Under the pieces are notes generated by a model. It searched no databases. It had not been told where the DNA came from and saw only the letters and a list, made by a program, of their open reading frames with translations. Below are positions 18,316-26,647 of a stretch of DNA of 64,000 bases, in pieces. Source of the stretch: Candidatus Omnitrophota bacterium. GTDB lineage: Bacteria; Omnitrophota; Gorgyraeia; Zapsychrales; Zapsychraceae. The stretch is from positions 15,448-79,447 of the forward strand of contig JAJDCB010000029.1 in NCBI GenBank assembly GCA_029261065.1. Reading direction: 5' to 3'. Positions within the stretch are counted from its first letter, which is position 1. Every line of letters begins with the position of its first letter. The translations under genes were made by a program, and so were the position numbers.

Positions 18316-20403
18316 ATGTCTGGAATAACCTCTTTTCTACATAGTTTAAATCTTATCAAACAAATTCCAATTTTTGCTAAACTCAATTGGTTTGAACAGC
18401 AAAAGATTGCGCGTAAGTCTGTCATTGTTGAGTATAAAAAGGGAGAGACTGTTCGTCGTGTGGGGGATCCCGCGGATTATTTTTATTGTTTGATAACGGG
18501 CCGTTTACAAGCGTTCACGTTAAACAATGAAAGAATCAAAGAGAATGTAGAATTTATTCATCGGGGCATGCATTTTGGAATTATTTCTGTATTTACGGGA
18601 GAAACACACTCCTTAACATTTGAGGCGATTAATGACTCCATTATTTTAAAAATTGCTAAAGCAGATTTCCATTCTATCCTCAAATCGATTCCTACCCTTG
18701 GATTAGAATTTAGTCAAAGTTTATCACAGCGTGTTCGAAGTCATCGGGAGGGTCAGAAATCTATTTTCGAAAGTACGATTATCTCGATCTACAGCCCTGT
18801 CATAGGAACGGGAAGTTCCACTTATGCGATGAATTTTGCATTAAGTTTACAAATTGAAACCAATAAAAAAGTTATGCTTCTTAATATCCATACGGCTCAG
18901 AATTTGGACGATAAATCAGAGTCTACTAAGGATAAGCCTGTTCCTAAATGGAAGAAGCCACCTATTGAGTTAAAAGACATTGTTGGCGATCATGATAAAA
19001 TTTTTGATAGCATTATTAAAGAAGAGTTAGCCATAGATTTGCTTAATGTGATGTTTGATGCCTCAGACAGCGATTTAAAGAAACAAATTAGTCCTTTGGT
19101 AAGTACTTTGGTTGGAGATTATCATTATGTTATTGTTGATTTGCCGAATGATATGGATGATTTTGTTTTGCAAACGCTGACACAGTCGGATTATGTTCAT
19201 CTGTTATCTTTAGATCGGAAAAAAGATTTAGAGCAAATGCGTTCGGTCATTGATCGTTTAGAATTGACATTTAAAGAAAGGTTTAATGAAGATAGGCTTC
19301 GTGTAATTATCCGAGGGATTCATGATCAGGTTTATTTGTCCTTTGAGGATATTAGTAAAGTTATCGATTTTAAAGTCGATCATGTTATTCCGCATATTCA
19401 TGCTGATCAGCTCAAGGAAGATATTCATTCCTCTAGTGTTACGGTTTATCGAAGTGATGAAAATAGCGAATATAATAAAGTCCTTAGACGTATTGCCCGT
19501 CAAGTTGGCGGCGTTATGGTGGGTGTTGTCTTAGGCGGTGGCGCGGCTTTAGGCATTGCTCATGTGGGAGTTATTCGAGTTTTAGAAGAAGAGAACATCC
19601 CTGTTGATATGGTTGTGGGTAGTAGTATGGGGGCTTTAATTGGAGCGTTATGGGCGACGGGAAAAAATGCGAAAGAATTAGAGGAGATTGCTCGTGAATT
19701 TGAGAAGAAAGGTAATATGTTAAAATTGTTCGACCCGCCATTATTTCCCATCTCAGGACTAATTAAAGGTAATGCGATTAAGCGATGGTTAGCTAAACAT
19801 TTAGGAACTAAAACATTTTATAGTTGCGATATTCCTTTTAAAGTTGTTTCATATGATTTAATACGAAGAGAAGAGTTGATCCTTGAGCGAGGTTCCTTGG
19901 TGGATGCTGTTCGTGAAAGTATTGCCATTCCAGGTGTCCTTAAGCCTGTCTTGACTCAAGATCGTGTGATTATTGATGGGGGCGTGCTCAATCCTTTACC
20001 GACGAATGTTCTTGCTGGTCGTGGCATTAAAAAAATTATTGCTATCAATGTTCTTCAATCTCCAGATGAAGTTTCTCAAGGTCATGACCTCCATCAACGT
20101 CGAGAAGAAGAGAAGTTGTCGCGTTCATTTCTAAAGGCACCATTAAGTTATATATCTCATCGTATTATGAGAACGTTAGCCAAACCTTTCAAACCAAATA
20201 TTTCTGACATTTTAGTACGAACCCTTCAAGCTTCCGAATACGTCATCGCCGAACAGAGCGCCCAACAAGCCGATGTCTTAATCCATCCCGATCTTGTAGG
20301 CATCGACTGGTTCGAACTCTATCGTGTTGATGATCTCATCCGCAAAGGTGAGGAGGCGACCCGCGCTTTAATTCCCGATATTAAAGCTTTAGTGAAGAAA
20401 TAA
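18316..20403 (+). CDS. cNMP-binding / ParA-like / patatin phospholipase fusion
   Basis: N-terminal cNMP domain (G+GDPAD.FY..GR, FG), central ISIYSPVIGTGSST...YVIVDLP, C-terminal GGGAALG, GSSMG and DGG. Confidence 0.85.
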   Translation: MSGITSFLHSLNLIKQIPIFAKLNWFEQQKIARKSVIVEYKKGETVRRVGDPADYFYCLITGRLQAFTLNNERIKENVEFIHRGMHFGIISVFTGETHSLTFEAINDSIILKIAKADFHSILKSIPTLGLEFSQSLSQRVRSHREGQKSIFESTIISIYSPVIGTGSSTYAMNFALSLQIETNKKVMLLNIHTAQNLDDKSESTKDKPVPKWKKPPIELKDIVGDHDKIFDSIIKEELAIDLLNVMFDASDSDLKKQISPLVSTLVGDYHYVIVDLPNDMDDFVLQTLTQSDYVHLLSLDRKKDLEQMRSVIDRLELTFKERFNEDRLRVIIRGIHDQVYLSFEDISKVIDFKVDHVIPHIHADQLKEDIHSSSVTVYRSDENSEYNKVLRRIARQVGGVMVGVVLGGGAALGIAHVGVIRVLEEENIPVDMVVGSSMGALIGALWATGKNAKELEEIAREFEKKGNMLKLFDPPLFPISGLIKGNAIKRWLAKHLGTKTFYSCDIPFKVVSYDLIRREELILERGSLVDAVRESIAIPGVLKPVLTQDRVIIDGGVLNPLPTNVLAGRGIKKIIAINVLQSPDEVSQGHDLHQRREEEKLSRSFLKAPLSYISHRIMRTLAKPFKPNISDILVRTLQASEYVIAEQSAQQADVLIHPDLVGIDWFELYRVDDLIRKGEEATRALIPDIKALVKK

Positions 20404-20526
20404 GAATAATTTTCTTCAAAGTCTCGTTTGTTCCCTCATACTTCTATCAAACTTGACGTGCATAGAAATTAAATGATATGATAAAAATCATGCATTAGTA
20501 TGAAACCAAATGAGTTTAATATTTAG

Positions 20527-21156
20527 GTGTTTATTTTGAAAAAATTTCATTTCAAAACGTCAGAAGTTCTCCAAGGTGATTATGAACTCAAGCGTATAAA
20601 TTTGATGATCGTCTTTCAAGTCAATTGTCCGGGATGCTTTTTGTATTCTTTGCCGCTAGTTAATCGTGTGAATGAGAAATATGCAGAGAAGGGGCTTCAG
20701 GTTTTGGGGTTATCAACAGCGTTTGAGGATTTTGAATTTAATACTGTTGATAATACGCGTTTGTTACTTAATGAAGGTGAGGTTGTAGGGGAAACGAAGA
20801 AGGCGTTGAGTCAAATGGGGCATGAAAAGTTTCCCCTTCAAATGGATTTTCCTGTTGCTTTTGATTTATTAGGAAAAGGAAGCGAAATTTTTGATCAAGA
20901 GGATGCCTTGATTGTTTCCGAACTTGTGCCAGATTTTCAAGCTCGAACAGAGGAAGAGCAAAAAAAGATTGTTACAGAAATTGATAAGCATTTAAAAGGG
21001 AGAAAATTAGCCTCTTATAGTTTTACCGTTAACGATATGCGAGGTACACCCTCCTGGTTTCTTTTTCGTGAAGATCTAAGTATTGATGAACTGTGGTTTG
21101 GACATAAAACGGAAGAGGATGTAATGGCGTTATTGGATTCTTGTATTACCCGTTAG
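20527..21156 (+). CDS. Thioredoxin-fold redoxin (TlpA-like)
   Basis: FQVNCPGC CxxC motif, FPVAFD, GTPSW. Confidence 0.75.
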   Translation: MFILKKFHFKTSEVLQGDYELKRINLMIVFQVNCPGCFLYSLPLVNRVNEKYAEKGLQVLGLSTAFEDFEFNTVDNTRLLLNEGEVVGETKKALSQMGHEKFPLQMDFPVAFDLLGKGSEIFDQEDALIVSELVPDFQARTEEEQKKIVTEIDKHLKGRKLASYSFTVNDMRGTPSWFLFREDLSIDELWFGHKTEEDVMALLDSCITR

Positions 21157-21175
21157 GAAAGTTAGGAGAGTCATT

Positions 21176-22576
21176 ATGAAAGTTACATTTTTAGGAGCCA
21201 GTCAGAATGTCACGGGTTCAAGGTTTCTTTTGGAAACAGAATTTTCTCGTATTCTTATAGATTGCGGACTTTTTCAAGAACGAGATTTACGTGATCGTAA
21301 CTGGGAAAAATTTCCTGTCGATCCAAAAAGTATTTCTCATCTCCTCTTAACACATGCTCACATTGATCATTGTGGGTATTTACCACGTTTTGTCAAAGAT
21401 GGGTTTCAAGGAAAAATTATTTGTACGCCTCCCACCGCTGATATAGCCAAAATTAGTTTGATTGATACCGCACACATTCAAGAATCAGATGCCGCTTACA
21501 AAAAGAAACGGCATAAAAAAGAAAAACGTAAGGGACGTCATCCTGAGGTTCCTTTATTTACAGAAGTTGATACATTTCGCGTGTTTTCTCATTTTAGAAC
21601 CCATGATTATGAAGTGACCTTTGATGTGACTAAAGATATTAAAGCCACTTATTATGATTCTGGTCATATTTTAGGTGCCGCATCGATTGAATTAAAGATT
21701 AAAGAGGGGGGCAAAGAAATTATTTGTATTTTTTCTGGAGACATAGGCCGTTGGGATCGTCCGATTCTTAATGACCCTCATCTTTTTAAACAAGCAGATT
21801 ATGTGTTTATGGAAGCCACTTATGGTAATCGTGTTCATGAAGATGCCATCGCTTCTATTGATAAATTGGAGCAAGTCATCAACGCTACTGATAAATCAGG
21901 TGGCAATGTGGTTGTCCCAACATTTTCTATTGGACGAGCGCAGGAGCTTTTGTATGATTTAAACATCCTTGTTAAAGAAAAACGTATTCCTCAATTAATG
22001 ACTTTTGTTGATAGCCCGATGGCAATGAAGATAACAGAGGTCTTTCGTCGTTATTCTCAATATTTTGATGAAGAAGCGCAAGAGTTCCTAGACCAATATG
22101 AATCTTTATTTGATTTTCCTTTATTAAAATTTACAAAGACCTCAGATGAGTCAAAGGCCATTAATCATATTAAGGGAACCGCTGTTATTTTGGCTGGATC
22201 TGGAATGTGTACAGGCGGCCGGGTTAAACATCATTTGCTTAATAATATTTCAAGGCCCGAGAGTACGGTTTTATTTGTTGGTTATCAGGCTCAAGGAACA
22301 TTAGGACGTCAGATTCTGGAACGCCCTGAAAAGGTACGGATTTTGGGTAAAAGGGTGGATGTTTTATCTAAAATTGAAAAAATTAATGGTTTATCTGCTC
22401 ATGCCGATAAAAATGAACTTGCCCAGTGGCTCAAATCTTTCAAGCCACCAGCCAAGAAAGTATTTATCATTCATTCTGAAAAAGAAGCCGCGGAAGGGTT
22501 TGTAAATGCCGTAAAAGAGGAGATTAGCACAGATTTTCATATTCCAAAATATTTAGAAGAAGTTGAAATTGGTTAG
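21176..22576 (+). CDS. MBL-fold beta-CASP RNA-processing metallo-hydrolase
   Basis: VTGS, THAHIDH, SGHILG, FSGDIG, EATYG, SAHAD. Confidence 0.93.
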   Translation: MKVTFLGASQNVTGSRFLLETEFSRILIDCGLFQERDLRDRNWEKFPVDPKSISHLLLTHAHIDHCGYLPRFVKDGFQGKIICTPPTADIAKISLIDTAHIQESDAAYKKKRHKKEKRKGRHPEVPLFTEVDTFRVFSHFRTHDYEVTFDVTKDIKATYYDSGHILGAASIELKIKEGGKEIICIFSGDIGRWDRPILNDPHLFKQADYVFMEATYGNRVHEDAIASIDKLEQVINATDKSGGNVVVPTFSIGRAQELLYDLNILVKEKRIPQLMTFVDSPMAMKITEVFRRYSQYFDEEAQEFLDQYESLFDFPLLKFTKTSDESKAINHIKGTAVILAGSGMCTGGRVKHHLLNNISRPESTVLFVGYQAQGTLGRQILERPEKVRILGKRVDVLSKIEKINGLSAHADKNELAQWLKSFKPPAKKVFIIHSEKEAAEGFVNAVKEEISTDFHIPKYLEEVEIG

Positions 22577-22588
22577 CTTATTTTCTAA

Positions 22589-22616
22589 TTGACAATATAG
22601 TTTTCCAAGGTAAAAT
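22589..22616 (+). promoter_or_regulatory. Sigma-70 promoter upstream of the small lipoprotein
   Basis: TTGACA-16 nt-TAAAAT. Confidence 0.6.
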
Positions 22617-22657
22617 GACTCAATCAATTCAATATCAATCATTTATGAGGGGGCGTC

Positions 22658-22810
22658 ATGAAAGCAAAGAAATTATTATCGTTATTTGTAGGCCTAATTG
22701 TGCTAGTTGCTTTAGCAAGTGGATGTGAAAAAAAGAGTGATTTAGAGAAAAGTGCTGATAAAGCGGGAAAAGATGCTAGTAAAGCTATTGATGGTGCTTT
22801 AAACAACTAA
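22658..22810 (+). CDS. Small lipoprotein (50 aa), absent from the ORF track
   Basis: MKAKKLLSLFVGLIVLVALASG-CEKKSDLEKSADKAGKDASKAIDGALNN; lipobox, RBS GAGGGGG, own promoter and terminator. Confidence 0.85.
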   Translation: MKAKKLLSLFVGLIVLVALASGCEKKSDLEKSADKAGKDASKAIDGALNN

Positions 22811-22838
22811 GAATTTCCAGATTTTGTTATAGAATTAG

Positions 22839-22895
22839 AGGTGATGGTCGATTTTAACGTTATTTTTAAGGTTAAAACGATCATCACCTTTTTTT
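22839..22895 (+). terminator. Rho-independent terminator
   Basis: AGGTGATGGTCG-ATTTTAAC...GTTAAAA-CGATCATCACCT followed by a T run. Confidence 0.7.
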
Positions 22896-22961
22896 AATTT
22901 TTTTATAAAATGATGGTATAATTAACCTTCCATAAATTACGAATTTTAAAAAGAAATACAG

Positions 22962-23615
22962 ATGAATAAAAAAGACAATAAATTTAAATATGTCCTAGTC
23001 GAATTAGCCCATCATTTGCCTTATTCGATTTTTGGGGTAACGGTTGGGATCATTGCTATGGGGGTGTTGACGTTTTTTGCAACGCTGATGAAGGCTGAAG
23101 ATATGCTTCCGCATGCCTCTGAGGAACTCTTTCATGTGTTTCATCCTGCTCACGTTTTATTTAGTGCCGTTGCCACCACAGCGATGTTTTGGAAGCATGA
23201 GAAGAATATGATTAAAGCGATCATTATTGGATTTTTGGGATCCATTACGATATGCGGTATTAGCGATGTTTTTTTTCCATTTGCTGGTGGGCTCATTCTT
23301 GGTCAAGAGATGCATTTGCATGTTTGTATTCTAGAGGAGCCAGGGCTTGTGTTACCATTTGCCGTAGTCGGTGTGATCGCGGGACTTGCTGTGACCAAAA
23401 GTTTTGAGAAATCGACGGAATATTCCCATTCGGCGCATGTTTTTATTAGTAGTGCGGCATCCATTTTATATTTGTTAAGTTACGGTCTTCAAGATTGGAC
23501 TCATGCGGTAGGTGGCGTTTTTCTTGTCACTATCTTTGCTGTTATGATTCCTTGTTGCGCGAGTGATATTGCCCTTCCCATCTGCTGTGCGCACGTCAAT
23601 TGTGATCATGAATAA
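22962..23615 (+). CDS. His/Cys-rich multi-pass membrane protein
   Basis: About 6 TM segments, 14 His, 7 Cys; overlaps the next gene by 8 nt. Confidence 0.75.
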   Translation: MNKKDNKFKYVLVELAHHLPYSIFGVTVGIIAMGVLTFFATLMKAEDMLPHASEELFHVFHPAHVLFSAVATTAMFWKHEKNMIKAIIIGFLGSITICGISDVFFPFAGGLILGQEMHLHVCILEEPGLVLPFAVVGVIAGLAVTKSFEKSTEYSHSAHVFISSAASILYLLSYGLQDWTHAVGGVFLVTIFAVMIPCCASDIALPICCAHVNCDHE

Positions 23616-25656
23616 ACCTCTCAAACAAATCAAGGTCGGTACCAGAGGCAGTCCGCTTGCCCTTGTGCAGATTCAAGAGATTAAAAATCTTATAGACAAT
23701 GAAGGATTTTCTCTTGATTGGCAGTCCATCACTTTTCAAACAGCAGGTGACCAAGATAAAGTAACACCCCTTGTTGATCAACTACCTGATGATTTTTTTA
23801 CCAATACCATTGATCAAGCTCTCCTCGATAAAAAAATTAATTTGGCCATCCATAGTGCCAAAGATCTAGCAGAATGCCTTACTCAGGGATTAAAGATATT
23901 TGCACTTACCGAAAGTAAAGATAATAGCGATTGTTATGTTGGGAAAACAAAAATTAAAGATTTAGCTCAAGGGGCTAAGATTGGAACAAGTAGTCATCTA
24001 AGACAAGAAGCTTTAAAAAATTTAAATCCTAGAATTGAAATTGTGAACATTCGTGGAACCATTCAAGAGCGGTTAGAGTTGCTTGAGCAGGGAGAGGTTG
24101 ATGGGATTATTGTGGCAACCATTGCTTTAAAGCGATTAGGATTAGAGGATCGTATTAGCGAAATCATGCCATGGGAGACCACAGCTCTACAAGGTCAGTT
24201 GGCTGTTGTCGGACGAGCTGACGATCTTGAATTAGAAAAAATATTTTCCACAATCGATGTTCGCGAAGATTATGGAACCGTCACCCTCCTTGGCGCAGGT
24301 CCAGGGGATCCTGAATTGATTACGGTTAAGGCTATTAAAGCATTGGGGCGTTCTGATTGTGTTTTTTATGATTATCTGATTCATCCATCTCTATTAGATT
24401 ACTGTCCGCAAGCTAATAAAACTTATGTGGGAAAAAGAAAAGGCAAGCACTCCATGCCGCAGGCTGAACTTTCACGCCTTCTAAGAGATGCCGCTTTTTT
24501 AGGAAAAAATATCGTCAGGCTTAAAGGAGGCGATCCTTTTATTTTTGGACGAGGCGCTGAGGAGTTTGACTATTTAAGATCTTATCACATTCCAATCGAG
24601 GTGATACCTGGGATTAGTTCAGCTACAGGTATTCCTGCAAGTTTAACGTTGCCTCTGACATCACGTGACGAATCGAATTCCGTGGCTTTCATTAGTGGGC
24701 ATAAAAAAGATGAAGCCCAGGATGCGAATTCTTTATTAGAGATTCCTTGTGTGGATACGATAGTCTTTTTAATGGGATTAACAAAACTAGATATCATCTT
24801 AAAATCACTTCTTAAGGCGAATTGGAAAGAGGAGACATCAATCGTTATCATTTCCAAAGGGACATGTATCGATGAAGATATTCTCATTGGAACACTAAAA
24901 GAGATTAAAAATACATTAGACTCTCATCCCGTTATGCCACCTGCTCTTATTATTGTTGGAAAAAGTGTGGGGCATTGGAAAACATATTATCAACAGAAAC
25001 AAAAAATCCTTTTTACAGGGACGAATCCAGACAAATATCGCTCAAAAGGACAAATCATTCATTGGCCTATGATTGAAATAAAAGAACATGTTTTAGATCA
25101 GAAAGAAGCAGCAAGGATCAAGAATAAAATGGATCAATATCATGTTTTAATACTGACGAGTCGATTTGCCGTTCGTTATTTTTTCAAATGGCTAAAAGAA
25201 CAGAATGTGGGGGTTGATCAGATAAAGAAAATGACGATTTGCGTTATTGGTCAAGTAACGCAGAGAAGTTTAAAAGAATTTAATCTTGATGCTGGTATTT
25301 TACCTTCTGTTGAAACAAGTGAAGGTTTATTTGAGAGCCTCGATGAGGCTATTGATCTTAAGGGAGTAGAAATTTTGTTTCCGCGTTCCTCTTTATCAAA
25401 TCCATATCTAAAAGAAAAGTTAACGAAAAGTGGTGCTTTAGTTGATGAAATGACGATATATGAAAATTTAAAGCCAGAGAAGAAAGATTTGCCTCAAATG
25501 ACGATGGATGCGATTTTTATGACTAGTCCTTCACAAGTAAAGAATTTCTTAGAAGATTATGGTACAATCCCTAAAACTTGGAAAATTTACAGCAAAGGTC
25601 CACACACAGCTAAGTCATTAAAAGAGCAGGGTTATGAAAGTGAGTTATTAAATTGA
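23608..25656 (+). CDS. Fused hydroxymethylbilane synthase (HemC domains 1-2) / uroporphyrinogen-III C-methyltransferase (CobA) / uroporphyrinogen-III synthase (HemD)
   Basis: GTRGSPLA, HSAKD, IGTSS (HemC); GAGPGDPELIT, RLKGGDPFIFGRGAEE (CobA); LTS..AV, IG..T, FPRS, TSPS.V (HemD). Confidence 0.92.
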   Translation: MNKPLKQIKVGTRGSPLALVQIQEIKNLIDNEGFSLDWQSITFQTAGDQDKVTPLVDQLPDDFFTNTIDQALLDKKINLAIHSAKDLAECLTQGLKIFALTESKDNSDCYVGKTKIKDLAQGAKIGTSSHLRQEALKNLNPRIEIVNIRGTIQERLELLEQGEVDGIIVATIALKRLGLEDRISEIMPWETTALQGQLAVVGRADDLELEKIFSTIDVREDYGTVTLLGAGPGDPELITVKAIKALGRSDCVFYDYLIHPSLLDYCPQANKTYVGKRKGKHSMPQAELSRLLRDAAFLGKNIVRLKGGDPFIFGRGAEEFDYLRSYHIPIEVIPGISSATGIPASLTLPLTSRDESNSVAFISGHKKDEAQDANSLLEIPCVDTIVFLMGLTKLDIILKSLLKANWKEETSIVIISKGTCIDEDILIGTLKEIKNTLDSHPVMPPALIIVGKSVGHWKTYYQQKQKILFTGTNPDKYRSKGQIIHWPMIEIKEHVLDQKEAARIKNKMDQYHVLILTSRFAVRYFFKWLKEQNVGVDQIKKMTICVIGQVTQRSLKEFNLDAGILPSVETSEGLFESLDEAIDLKGVEILFPRSSLSNPYLKEKLTKSGALVDEMTIYENLKPEKKDLPQMTMDAIFMTSPSQVKNFLEDYGTIPKTWKIYSKGPHTAKSLKEQGYESELLN

Positions 25657-26615
25657 AGCGATTTCGCCGATTAAGACAAAGTGCAGCCATTCGTAATTTG
25701 GTGCAAGAAACGACACTTACAAAGCACGATCTCATTCAACCATTTTTTGTGATTGAAGGAAATAATAAAAGAGAAGAGATTGAATCCATGCCTGGTATAG
25801 CTCGTTATAGTGTTGATCTTCTGCTTAAAGAGGTTGAAGCCTATATAAAACAAGGTGCACAAGCGGGATTATTTTTTGGTCTTCCTAAGAAAAAAAATGA
25901 AACAGCGATGGGGAGTTATGCGAGTAATGGTATCATTCAAAAAGCGGTAAAAGCTTTAAAGAAGGAGTTTCCCGAATTCTGTGTCATTACGGATGTGTGT
26001 TTGTGCGCCTATACAAGTCATGGGCATTGTGGCATTGTGAAAAATAAAAGCGTTGATAATGATAAGACTGTTTCAATTTTAGCCAAAGCAGCTTTATCGC
26101 ATGCAACAGCAGGTGCTGATATTGTTGCTCCCTCAGATATGATGGATTTTCGTGTTAAAGCGATACGTGAGTCTCTTGATAGCAATTCTTATGAAAATGT
26201 TCCTATTATGTCATATGCCGTTAAATACAATTCTGCTTTTTATGGCCCTTTTAGAGAAGCTGCTGATTCTGCTCCTCAATTTGGTGATCGTAAAACCTAT
26301 CAAATGGATCCAGCTAATAGTGATGAAGCCCTCAGAGAAGCCAAGCAAGACCTTAAAGAGGGTGCTGATTTTATTATGGTGAAACCAGCTTTGGCTTATT
26401 TGGATATTGTTGCACGTTTAAAACAAGAATTGGCAGCACCTCTTGTGGCTTACAATGTGAGTGGGGAATATGCCATGGTTAAGGCGGCGGCAATCAAGAA
26501 ATGGGTTGATGAAGAATCTGTTGTATTAGAAAGTTTATTGGCGATGAAAAGGGCTGGGGCCAATATGATTATTTCTTATCATGCCAGTGAGGCGTTGGGG
26601 TGGCTGACCCCTTAG
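25653..26615 (+). CDS. hemB: Porphobilinogen synthase (Zn-binding type)
   Basis: RFRRLR, DVCLCAYTSHGHCG, APSDMMD, FYGPFR, MVKPA. Confidence 0.97.
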   Translation: MKRFRRLRQSAAIRNLVQETTLTKHDLIQPFFVIEGNNKREEIESMPGIARYSVDLLLKEVEAYIKQGAQAGLFFGLPKKKNETAMGSYASNGIIQKAVKALKKEFPEFCVITDVCLCAYTSHGHCGIVKNKSVDNDKTVSILAKAALSHATAGADIVAPSDMMDFRVKAIRESLDSNSYENVPIMSYAVKYNSAFYGPFREAADSAPQFGDRKTYQMDPANSDEALREAKQDLKEGADFIMVKPALAYLDIVARLKQELAAPLVAYNVSGEYAMVKAAAIKKWVDEESVVLESLLAMKRAGANMIISYHASEALGWLTP

Positions 26616-26616
26616 C

Positions 26617-26636
26617 TGTCATTCCTGGGGATGACA
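26617..26636. repeat. Short remnant of the GTCATTCC/GGAATGAC palindrome family
   Basis: TGTCATTCC-TG-GGGATGACA between the hemB stop and the hemL start. Confidence 0.5.
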
Positions 26637-26647
26637 TGATTACTTTA

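Noticed and set aside
18316-20403. CBASS-type patatin defence effector
   Set aside because: No CD-NTase or other defence gene nearby; the context is lipid catabolism.
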